Position numbers and translations under genes: made by a program. A DNA stretch of 64,000 bases, from IMG/VR virus record IMGVR_UViG_3300049927_000163, positions 1 to 64,000 of that record; one strand, written 5' to 3'. The stretch comes from a virus. The notes beneath the pieces were generated by a model that saw only the letters and a list, made by a program, of their open reading frames with translations, was not told where the DNA came from and did no database searches. Of this stretch, positions 19,352-27,642 are shown in pieces. Each line of letters begins with the position of its first letter. Position 1 is the stretch's first letter.

Positions 19352-19597
19352 ATGCTTTTTGTGGCCAATGTGATAAGAGATGCAAAATTGAAAAGTGCGA
19401 GTGTGATAATGAAAAAGAAAAGTAAAGATCAAAAGTCTGAAAAAGAGGACTTTATGACCAAGAAAGATCTAAAAGATTCTAAGCATCAAGGCATGCTGAA
19501 TACTATGGATGAAGTCTGTGAAAAGCTAAATCAGGCTGGATATGGGCCTTTTGCTTGGGAAATTGTTATTAAACGAAATGTTAAATATGATATTTAA
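19352..19597 (+). CDS. Hypothetical protein (accessory island)
   Basis: ORF in the + strand island; true start probably downstream. Confidence 0.4.
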   Translation: MLFVANVIRDAKLKSASVIMKKKSKDQKSEKEDFMTKKDLKDSKHQGMLNTMDEVCEKLNQAGYGPFAWEIVIKRNVKYDI

Positions 19598-19618
19598 ATA
19601 AAGGTACTGTAAATAATT

Positions 19619-20365
19619 ATGAATGAAGATGTAAAAATACATTCAACAATTGAATATTCACAATTTAAACTCTCTCCTAAAAATAGGAAAGTATGTGAAA
19701 AACATGTTAAAGATTTATCTGAAACAATAAGAAAAAGCAATCAATTAGATGTAAATCCAATAATCGTAAATTTTGATAATGAAATTGTCTCTGGACAACA
19801 TAGGTGGTTGGTAGCACAAAAATTAAAAGTACCAATTTTTTATATTAGAAAAGATGTACCTGTAGAATATTTTTTGACAGCAAATCTAAATCAAAGACGA
19901 TGTGAGCAAGTGGATGCAATCAAATTTTATTCAAATGTAATGAAATTTCCTGATTATATTAAATTAAATAATATTTTAACAACTTCAAAAGCTTCTCCTG
20001 GAGTTATTTGTAGTTTACTTGGAATTACATCATCATGTGGATATAGCGATATGATTAAAAGTGGAAAATTTAAATTTAAATATGATGAAGAAAGATGTAA
20101 TTTTATGTTATCAAAATATATAGAAACTAGAAATTTACTCGATACACTTCCATTTATGGTAAGAAGTGCTTATCGGGGTATAAATTTTTGTAGAGGATTT
20201 AATCTTTTATTTGAAGAAAAAATTGATTGGAAGATTTTTGAAACTAGACTTCGTATAAATTACAAAATGTTAGATATAGTTTTACATACCGGACCTCTTT
20301 GGCTTAAAAGATTTAAAGAAATGTATAATAAAAGAGCTATTGTAAATAGATTGATAGAGGAGTAG
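19619..20365 (+). CDS. ParB/Srx-like N-terminal domain protein
   Basis: NRKVCEKHVKDL...PIIVN...IVSGQHRWLVAQKL motif; very AT-rich. Confidence 0.75.
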   Translation: MNEDVKIHSTIEYSQFKLSPKNRKVCEKHVKDLSETIRKSNQLDVNPIIVNFDNEIVSGQHRWLVAQKLKVPIFYIRKDVPVEYFLTANLNQRRCEQVDAIKFYSNVMKFPDYIKLNNILTTSKASPGVICSLLGITSSCGYSDMIKSGKFKFKYDEERCNFMLSKYIETRNLLDTLPFMVRSAYRGINFCRGFNLLFEEKIDWKIFETRLRINYKMLDIVLHTGPLWLKRFKEMYNKRAIVNRLIEE

Positions 20366-20679
20366 ACGAATGATTTTATTAGATCATTGCACAAGTTGTT
20401 ATCCTACACTGAATCAAGTTCCATGGTGGTGTGGCTTTGCAATATTCTTTATCACACTCTTTACACTGATAGGTCTATTTACTGTTTTATTTTATATAAG
20501 CAAGAAAATATGTGGAAAATAATGCATGCATTTAGAAAAAAACAATTCATCGGTACAGGTATCACACATCGCCTATGCACATGGCCACCTGATGATTTCA
20601 ATGGCACTTTGAGGAAGATAAAGGAAGCCAATCAATACATGAAGACTTTGGATAAGAAAACTTTGGATGAACTGAAACT

Positions 20680-20997
20680 ATGAAATGCCATAACTGCTCT
20701 AAAGACTTAGACTTTATTCCTGCAAGCGAGGCTGATATATTCTGTTCGGGCATTTGCAGGCGCAAGGCTCAAATAAATGGATGGCGGATTGGTGAATATA
20801 GAGCTCCTAAAGTAAACCCTGAAATTACGGCTTCTATGAAGAAATGGGATGAAGTGTATCAGAGGTATATCAACGGAACAGCTACTAGACATGAAATGAT
20901 ACTTGCTATGCAATGGTGTTTGAAGGTCGATAGATATGAAGAAGAGCGTAAGACATTTGCCTATATGAAAAAACGTGAAGGATTTTTTGAGGAATAA
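20680..20997 (+). CDS. Hypothetical Zn-finger protein
   Basis: CHNC...FCSGIC. Confidence 0.45.
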   Translation: MKCHNCSKDLDFIPASEADIFCSGICRRKAQINGWRIGEYRAPKVNPEITASMKKWDEVYQRYINGTATRHEMILAMQWCLKVDRYEEERKTFAYMKKREGFFEE

Positions 20998-21199
20998 CAT
21001 GTTAATAACCATATGTTTTGTAATAGTTATATTAATAAATATATATTATATTATAAGCATTAAATATAATTTCTTTAGGGTATATAAGGATATTCGTGAT
21101 TTTGCAGAAGTTAACGTGAAAATGGTTGCTTGTATGGTTGAACTACATGAAAGAATTCAAAAACTAGAGGATAAAAATGGAATATCCAAAGATAAATAG
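20975..21199 (+). CDS. Small membrane-anchored coiled-coil protein
   Basis: N-terminal hydrophobic helix, C-terminal ELHERIQKLE. Confidence 0.45.
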   Translation: MKDFLRNNMLITICFVIVILINIYYIISIKYNFFRVYKDIRDFAEVNVKMVACMVELHERIQKLEDKNGISKDK

Positions 21200-21848
21200 C
21201 CTATATAAAAGAGAAGATGTCACACTAGATCCTGTAACTGGAAAGAATTTATTTAGCAAATCAAAGAAGCATAAGTTAGTCATTGGTGACTATGCCCTTG
21301 AGGAATTTGGTCTTATTAACTCGTGGCAGGTTTTTGAGAAAATCGATGGGACCAATATCCGCATTACTTTTAAAAAAGAAGGAATTCTTGAAGATGTTAG
21401 GTTTGATGGACGCACCAATAATGCACAAATACCTACCCATTTGATTAAATACCTACAAGACAAGTTCACTATTGAGAAGTTGTCAAAATATTTTGAGGAA
21501 GATGGCACATATATTCTATTTGGCGAGGGATTTGGCCCAAAAATACAAGATGGTGGCAATTATCGTTTTGATGTCTCATTCATCCTTTTTGATGTGTTTA
21601 TTTCTCCCTGGTGGCTAAATTATGAAAGTCGTCTTCAAATAGCAGATTATCTAAGCATTGAACATGTACCTTTTCTTGGAGAAATGAATGAAAGTGAGAT
21701 ATTGCATTACATCAGATCGAAGCCAAAAAGCACTATTTCAGTCAATAAAGATTATGTCATGGAAGGGGTAGTTTGTAGATCAGAACCTTTGCTTTGTCTG
21801 AGGAATGGGGATCCATTGAAGTTTAAACTTAAATGTGTGGATTTATGA
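21177..21848 (+). CDS. ATP-dependent RNA ligase (Rnl2-like nucleotidyltransferase domain)
   Basis: Motifs EKIDGTN (I), LFGEGFG (III), FILFDV (IIIa), EGVVCR (IV), KFKLK (V). Confidence 0.85.
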   Translation: MEYPKINSLYKREDVTLDPVTGKNLFSKSKKHKLVIGDYALEEFGLINSWQVFEKIDGTNIRITFKKEGILEDVRFDGRTNNAQIPTHLIKYLQDKFTIEKLSKYFEEDGTYILFGEGFGPKIQDGGNYRFDVSFILFDVFISPWWLNYESRLQIADYLSIEHVPFLGEMNESEILHYIRSKPKSTISVNKDYVMEGVVCRSEPLLCLRNGDPLKFKLKCVDL

Positions 21849-22014
21849 AACGTATTTTTACAGTTCGAAGGTACCAAATTGGGTTTTTTGGATCTTTAAT
21901 AGTACATGATGTTAAGCTTAAATTATCTAAGAGACTTTATAAAAAAGTAATTCGTAATGTTGGACGAGTAAAAATAAGATGTAATAAGAATTATTCTTAC
22001 CCAAGATGTATTCT

Positions 22015-22087
22015 GGCCACATAGCTCATGCGGTAGAGCACTCGTCTGTTAAATGAGCGGTCGTTGGTTCGAATCCAACTGTGGCCT
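22015..22087 (+). tRNA. tRNA-Asn(GTT), no encoded CCA
   Basis: GGCCACA/TGTGGCC acceptor, GCTC..GAGC D arm, CTCGT-CTGTTAA-ATGAG anticodon arm, GTTGG-TTCGAAT-CCAAC T arm. Confidence 0.9.
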
Positions 22088-22154
22088 AAACTTTTGACAC
22101 AGGTAGACAAAATTTTTGGATAGATTTTGTGACAGATATTCAGAAGGTAAAGTA

Positions 22155-22379
22155 ATGAAATGGATTAATGTAAAAGAGCGACTTCCTAACAAAGAAGAAT
22201 GCCTATGTTGGGTGATGAATACCAATCGTGGGGGTTATGGTTTTCTTGCATTTTACTATCATGATGGACAGTATTTCCAATTACAAGGTGGAAGTAGTGA
22301 AAAGAGTCCTGCGCTTCTAGTTACTCATTGGTATCCTTTACCATTGCCAATATGGGGATTTAAAGATGAAATGGATTGA
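22155..22379 (+). CDS. DUF551 (Eaa-like) protein 1
   Basis: MKWINVKERLP...VTHWYPLP. Confidence 0.8.
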   Translation: MKWINVKERLPNKEECLCWVMNTNRGGYGFLAFYYHDGQYFQLQGGSSEKSPALLVTHWYPLPLPIWGFKDEMD

Positions 22380-22632
22380 TAGATTAGAACAATTACCAGA
22401 ACTGAATCAAAAATGCTTATTTTATGATCCAACTCTTGGTGATATAGGTAGTGGCATTTATGTATCTTCTACCTGTGTTGATGAAATTCCTAGAACATGT
22501 GGATGTACTGGTATTGATTTCTACGAATGGACATATTGGATGCCTTTGCCAGAGTCTCCTTTAGAAGAATATGAAACAAAATGGGGTAGGAAATATCGTG
22601 AAGTAAAGGATAATTCTAATGAAATGGATTAA
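22366..22632 (+). CDS. DUF551 protein 2
   Basis: MKWIDRLEQLP...TYWMPLPESP. Confidence 0.8.
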   Translation: MKWIDRLEQLPELNQKCLFYDPTLGDIGSGIYVSSTCVDEIPRTCGCTGIDFYEWTYWMPLPESPLEEYETKWGRKYREVKDNSNEMD

Positions 22633-22852
22633 TGTTAAAGATAAGTTGCCTACAACAGGTCCTTGTGGAAGCGAAGAAGTTTTAGTTTATCGATCTAGTG
22701 TATTAGATAAATTTCATGTATGTATATATTTCGGTAAAGATCCTTGGTTTAAATGTGGTCATCATTGGAATCTAAAACATGGCCACAATAAAGCTGCTGA
22801 AGATGTTACTCACTGGATGCCTTTACCGGAGCCTCCTAATGAAATGGATTAA
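22619..22852 (+). CDS. DUF551 protein 3
   Basis: MKWINVKDKLP...VTHWMPLPEPP. Confidence 0.8.
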   Translation: MKWINVKDKLPTTGPCGSEEVLVYRSSVLDKFHVCIYFGKDPWFKCGHHWNLKHGHNKAAEDVTHWMPLPEPPNEMD

Positions 22853-23078
22853 ATATAATGAACGGAAACCCGAGAAATCCGGAAGATATCTAATTATTTT
22901 TAAGTGTGAATCAGGTTTTCACAACTGTTTAGCAGTTAATTATGCTCACCCATGCTGTGATATAAATATTGCATATTTTTCCTTACCAGATTATTGGGAA
23001 TTTGCTACATTCAGGCCTATAGCTATAGAATATACTATAATCCATTGGATGCCATTACCTGAGGTGCCAAATGAGTAA
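22839..23078 (+). CDS. DUF551 protein 4
   Basis: MKWIKYNERKP...IHWMPLPEVP. Confidence 0.8.
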   Translation: MKWIKYNERKPEKSGRYLIIFKCESGFHNCLAVNYAHPCCDINIAYFSLPDYWEFATFRPIAIEYTIIHWMPLPEVPNE

Positions 23079-23155
23079 CAGAGGCAAGAAATCAAGTAAA
23101 CGAACCAATCCCAAGATAAAAAGTGCCGCTCGGGCATTGTATCATCAGTATCTAT

Positions 23156-23253
23156 GGCACATACGACGAATGGCGAGTCAGCGGAAGACAATACGTGAGG
23201 TTAACGTGGGTACTGCCCTATACCTGGACTAGGTTCGAATCCTAGATGTGCCA
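23156..23253 (+). ncRNA. tRNA-like RNA (98 nt) with non-canonical anticodon/variable region
   Basis: Perfect GGCACAT/ATGTGCC-A acceptor, CTAGG-TTCGAAT-CCTAG T arm, GAC-GAATGGCGA-GTC D-like arm; enlarged middle section. Confidence 0.6.
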
Positions 23254-23344
23254 ATTATACCATCTACTAAGGTTCCTATGGAATTTAGAGTAATATTTAA
23301 TATATTCGCATTCTTTTGTGTTTCATTCTCTATAGGAATGCTAT

Positions 23345-25459
23345 TTACACTCCTGTTTCTGAAGTCATAGGCTGTTGCTCTGCCATCTGCATCTCATGCT
23401 GGCCTCGATCAATGTCATGGTTCATTCTGTGTTGGTCAAGTTCAGTTTTAGCCAAACTATTAAGCATATTTAGCTTTTCCATGAGTTGGGAATGATCAAT
23501 ACCTTGGAGCTCTTTTACAGCTTTTACAATATTCAAGAGTTCAGCGGTCTTCTCTTCTTCTGCGCGGGATATTCTCTCTGCATTTAATGCTTGGTCAAGG
23601 TGAATTTTGTTAAGCCTTTCAGCTGCAAGGGCTTGGTCACTTTGCGCCTTTGCCTCTATGCCATCTGTTGCAACACGGAGCTGCTCCATCTCAAGAGCTT
23701 CTTGCTTCTGTTGGAACTGTTGCTGTTGCTCGGCTTGAGCATCAAGGATTTCATTGAGCTCAACTTTTCCGTGGAGGTTTGAATTCTTGACAAGTAGACT
23801 ATCTGGGATGTTGACACCAAGTTGTTTGAGGGCGAGAAGCTGCATAAATTGAGATTGCCTCTGTGTATCTGTCAAGATACCTTCCTCAACGACGATATCA
23901 TAGTTATAGAAGTTCTGAGAGAAGAATTCAGGTGGACATTGTTTCTTTGTGATCTTCTGGATTTTTTCAGAGGACCAGTTCGCTTGAATCATTTTAAGGA
24001 CTTTCTGGCCTATGAGTTGCTGGGTCTCTGCTAAGCCATCAAAGAGACGTCGTAATGACACCAGACCGGCGTTAACACGCATTTTAGCTAGTATTGCTGC
24101 GGTCTCTAGATTTGGATTCTCTGGCATACCAAGCATTTCAGGGTTTATGCCTAGAATATTCGGAATATCTTTTTCGAAAGCATCCATAAGAGCAAAGTGG
24201 CCAGGAGGGATATCGGCGGGAGCAAGTTTCTCAACATCTGTCATCTGTGCGGTGGGTTTCATAAATATTACTGGACCTTGTCCAGATTTGAATAGGGAAG
24301 CGGAGTTTTCTACGGAACCTGATTTAGCTTTCCAGCCAGGGTAGGCTTGAGAGTCGAGAATATCCACCATCTTAGAACGTCTTTTATTGAGCTCTAGTTG
24401 GGGGTCACGGATTAAACGTATGAGACTCTGCATTTTCCATTGGAATAGGTCATAGGAAGGCTCATAGATAGCAAATATTGGCGTTTGAGCGTAGTCATTG
24501 ATGCCATAGGGGTCTACACCATAATAAAGTAGCTGATTTTCAACGATAATACCAAGGTTGACTTGTTGTACCGGCTTCTTGATTAGCTGCATGTTGGGCA
24601 TCATAGCCTGGATGTAGGACAATCTCTCACGAGTGCCTTTCCATTCAGAGGTTTCTCCTGTAGCCATATCGACGAGCACGTCTTTTGTCACCCAAGATTT
24701 GGTCCAGTATTCCGTGTATGACATTAATTTATTGAAAGCTCCCTGGCGAACGTATGGCATATAGGTGAATTTATTATCACGAGTTCCGTAACTTAATCTT
24801 TTAATTACATCTTCTTGCTCGGGAAGAAGTGAGATGACATCAGTTCTAGAGATATACTTGCGTCTAGCAAAGAAATTACAATCTGATAAGTCTTTCTTGT
24901 AAAAGAATGGGTCCCAAATGGTGTCGTTCCAGTGGTCCAGGTTGAAAGCTACTTCGCCATTTACTGGATCGTTACGGTAGTCCATATAGGGAGATATCCA
25001 GGATACTCCTGTCACCATCGCATCCTTGAAGCCAGTGGATAGTGTCTCATAGAAGTTTCCACGATTGTTGGCGTACTGGATGCAGTCTGTGGCAATATCA
25101 GCTATAGCATTCTGGTCATCTTGGACGGGGGATATGATTGTAGCGAGTCTATTTTGCCTTTGGATACCCTCGATAAGGTTTATCATCCTCATACACATAT
25201 TGTACGTGAGGGCTAGGCGTTGTTGATCTGCTAGATATTTTACTTGATTCAGGTCCCACTGATTGCCTAGATAGAATGATTGATCACGGTAGGCTTCGGC
25301 ATAGTATGGATTAATCATTTGATAGGCACGGTCATAGCGTTCCCCGAACATATTGACAATGTCGTAGCCTTCATCAAGACGGGGTTGTACTGTTTTTCGC
25401 TTGTAATCTGAGAGGAAGTCTTCGGCATTGCTAACTAGGGACGCTTCGGGGAGGCTCAT
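23345..25459 (-). CDS. Portal protein (P22-like)
   Basis: FYLGNQW...N...MINLIEG.QRQNR...DPQLELNKRRSK...Q-rich C-terminal barrel helix. Confidence 0.9.
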   Translation of the reverse strand: MSLPEASLVSNAEDFLSDYKRKTVQPRLDEGYDIVNMFGERYDRAYQMINPYYAEAYRDQSFYLGNQWDLNQVKYLADQQRLALTYNMCMRMINLIEGIQRQNRLATIISPVQDDQNAIADIATDCIQYANNRGNFYETLSTGFKDAMVTGVSWISPYMDYRNDPVNGEVAFNLDHWNDTIWDPFFYKKDLSDCNFFARRKYISRTDVISLLPEQEDVIKRLSYGTRDNKFTYMPYVRQGAFNKLMSYTEYWTKSWVTKDVLVDMATGETSEWKGTRERLSYIQAMMPNMQLIKKPVQQVNLGIIVENQLLYYGVDPYGINDYAQTPIFAIYEPSYDLFQWKMQSLIRLIRDPQLELNKRRSKMVDILDSQAYPGWKAKSGSVENSASLFKSGQGPVIFMKPTAQMTDVEKLAPADIPPGHFALMDAFEKDIPNILGINPEMLGMPENPNLETAAILAKMRVNAGLVSLRRLFDGLAETQQLIGQKVLKMIQANWSSEKIQKITKKQCPPEFFSQNFYNYDIVVEEGILTDTQRQSQFMQLLALKQLGVNIPDSLLVKNSNLHGKVELNEILDAQAEQQQQFQQKQEALEMEQLRVATDGIEAKAQSDQALAAERLNKIHLDQALNAERISRAEEEKTAELLNIVKAVKELQGIDHSQLMEKLNMLNSLAKTELDQHRMNHDIDRGQHEMQMAEQQPMTSETGV

Positions 25460-25488
25460 GAGGTACCTTTTAGTAAGAGATACCTCAT
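25457..25488 (-). promoter_or_regulatory. Hairpin covering the portal SD and start codon
   Basis: mRNA ATGAGGTATCT...AGGTACCTCAT(G) inverted repeat. Confidence 0.5.
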
Positions 25489-25523
25489 TGTATGTGTAGG
25501 TCTATTATACGTAAAGTTTTAGG

Positions 25524-25799
25524 TTAATTACCTTTACAAACTGGACAATTATCAAGGATTTCTTGAACTTCTAGGATTGCTTTATGGTTTGACATAAGAT
25601 CAGATTTTAGTTCTGCTAAATATTTACCAAGTCCATAGCAACCTAAGTATTCAACAAGACCATTTAAAGTATATCTTCTATATAATTTATTACACTTAGG
25701 CTCTTTGTGTTCTTCCATGAGTCTTTTTGCCTTATCTCTACGCCAATGATCATAGCGCTCGAGTCTTTGATAGTGAGCTTTTGTAGGACAATCTGTCAT
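25524..25799 (-). CDS. Hypothetical protein
   Basis: ORF in operon direction. Confidence 0.45.
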   Translation of the reverse strand: MTDCPTKAHYQRLERYDHWRRDKAKRLMEEHKEPKCNKLYRRYTLNGLVEYLGCYGLGKYLAELKSDLMSNHKAILEVQEILDNCPVCKGN

Positions 25800-26101
25800 T
25801 TCTTTTTCTTTTCCATAGATTCAGCCTTTTCACACGCTTTATCACGGATTTTATCTTGCCTCAAGAGTTTATCCATTTTTTTGTCTATTTCTTGCTTGGT
25901 TTTCTTGATGATTTTATCCATTTTACTGTCCTTTAGGTGTAAAGTATTTACTTATAGGAATAGATTCCTCAATGATATATTCTTGAGGATGACGATCATC
26001 TATAGTATCGTCTAGATTTGCCAGCCAGAAGAGGAAGGCAATAAATATAATTGTACCAACTATTGGTCCTAAAATATAAAGCATTTCTCTGTTGGATTCT
26101 T

Positions 26102-26323
26102 TCATAAGACACTCGAGGGTATTGTGAGACTAGGGTCTACTTTTGGGTCATTGGTTTGCTCTTCGTCAACAATATCTTGAGCTTTGCCTTGAGAGCCTAC
26201 CATATTGAGTGACATGGTACAGCCTGAACAATAAGTCAAAATTATAACCATGACTAGGATTAAAGCTAAGCCGTCACGGATATCCTTAAATAATTCTTTA
26301 TTCATCGCAACCTCTTGGTTCAA
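26102..26323 (-). CDS. Small lipoprotein conserved in A and B
   Basis: Hydrophobic stretch then CSGC lipobox-like motif; GCT.S.N.....G.A.D.VDE.Q.N.P shared with 62175..62339. Confidence 0.6.
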   Translation of the reverse strand: MNQEVAMNKELFKDIRDGLALILVMVIILTYCSGCTMSLNMVGSQGKAQDIVDEEQTNDPKVDPSLTIPSSVL

Positions 26324-26453
26324 GATATGACTGGTCTATTGGTCCGTCAAATCTTAAGACTGGACCTGGTCGGGATTTATGACAAGGGCAAGAGCAGGAA
26401 GTTATACCTAAAAGGAGGTATAACCCTAGATAAGTTGCTATAAGTTTATACAT
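26298..26453 (-). CDS. Small putative lipoprotein
   Basis: MYKLIATYLGLYLLLGITSC signal peptide and lipobox-like motif. Confidence 0.45.
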   Translation of the reverse strand: MYKLIATYLGLYLLLGITSCSCPCHKSRPGPVLRFDGPIDQSYLEPRGCDE

Positions 26454-26736
26454 TTTCTTCCTTTGTGGATTGTGTGGAATCAGCATCGTAGGATTCATGC
26501 ATGGCTCTACGAGAATTGTTAGGTGTTTCTACATTTACTGTGACCTTAAGATTATACACCTCATTGGCGTCTCTAGGAGGATTCTCCAGTTCTTTTGCAA
26601 AGAGATATAGGCTAGCATTAGATCTGTTAAAAGCAGGCTTCTTAGACACCTTACGGCCCCAACAACAGTTGCATGAGTCTTCTATGTCTATATTTGTGTT
26701 AGGGTTTGCTGTAATTGGTGGGATTGGTGCGGACAT
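26446..26736 (-). CDS. Hypothetical protein with SCNCCW motif
   Basis: ORF overlapping its neighbours in the operon. Confidence 0.5.
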   Translation of the reverse strand: MSAPIPPITANPNTNIDIEDSCNCCWGRKVSKKPAFNRSNASLYLFAKELENPPRDANEVYNLKVTVNVETPNNSRRAMHESYDADSTQSTKEENV

Positions 26737-26905
26737 GATTTGCCTCCAAGAGCTGTTCTAGTTCTTTGGTTAGAGCGGATGTATCAGACAGAACGGAGGG
26801 ATAGATTCCTCTCACAGTTATGCCAGTAGGTTTATGTTTGATTTCTTTGATGTATCTGCCTTGAGATTCTCTAAAAGTAACTATCTGTAGGTCGTCTGCT
26901 CTCAT
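26699..26905 (-). CDS. Release-factor (RF-1 domain)-like mini protein lacking GGQ
   Basis: DDLQIVTFR...IKHKPTGITV resembles DL.I.T.R...V.ITH.PTGI.V. Confidence 0.4.
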   Translation of the reverse strand: MRADDLQIVTFRESQGRYIKEIKHKPTGITVRGIYPSVLSDTSALTKELEQLLEANHVRTNPTNYSKP

Positions 26906-27396
26906 TTATACCTCGACATTAGGAGTAAATATAATCCAGCACCAATTCCTATTGATAGAATTAGGATTGTTGAAATTAGTACTATGTATCCGGATATGTC
27001 CATTATTTCAAATCCTCGAAAAAGCTTAGGAAGACCTTAGAGAGAACTATTGCTAGGAATGTCTCGAGGACATGGATTAAACTCATACTGTCAACACGTT
27101 GTTATCAGGCCTATGGTCATTCTTGCCGAGATCATGATGTTTGTCATGATGTTTGGTTATAATCATGTAATTGGGTTTATAGATTAAGAATATATATGTA
27201 AATATAAAAAATAATTCCAGAGAGATTAAGAATATACATGAAAATAAAAGAAATAATTTCATAAGTCCTTCATACGCTTATGAATTGCTAGGTCATGTTC
27301 TAAAAGCTTGCGCTCTATCTTCTCAAGGCGTTTGTCAATGAAGTAAGCCAGGGTCGTGAAGCCAATGGCATTGAGGAGTAGCATGAATGTTAACAT

Positions 27397-27588
27397 TTAT
27401 TCACCTTTAAAATATTCTTGTACTATGTCCTCGTGGCCTTCAATCAAACCTAAACATTGATGCGCTATAGCATCAAGGATTTCATCTGAATTCTTATCAA
27501 GCTTCCTACCCTGCTGGATGATAGAAAGCATCTGGCCACTAACAATTGCTAGAGACTGAAGCAGTTCTTGGGCGTTGAATCTAGTCAT
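27397..27588 (-). CDS. Hypothetical protein
   Basis: ORF downstream of TerL. Confidence 0.45.
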   Translation of the reverse strand: MTRFNAQELLQSLAIVSGQMLSIIQQGRKLDKNSDEILDAIAHQCLGLIEGHEDIVQEYFKGE

Positions 27589-27642
27589 AGAAAACCAAAT
27601 AGTGTTTTTCCTAGAGTATAAGAATGATGAGATATTTTGTAT

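Noticed and set aside
22155-23078. CRISPR-like array from the repeated ATGAAATGGATT
   Set aside because: Repeat is only 12 bp, spacing is about 210-250 bp, and units are protein-coding; no cas genes
22015-23253. tRNAs as prophage attachment sites, or two integrated tandem prophages
   Set aside because: No integrase, no duplicated tRNA 3' end and no bacterial flanking genes in the window
27083-27262. Short tandem duplications (CATGATGTTTG; AGATTAAGAATATA)
   Set aside because: They fall inside a small hydrophobic ORF and look like slippage duplications
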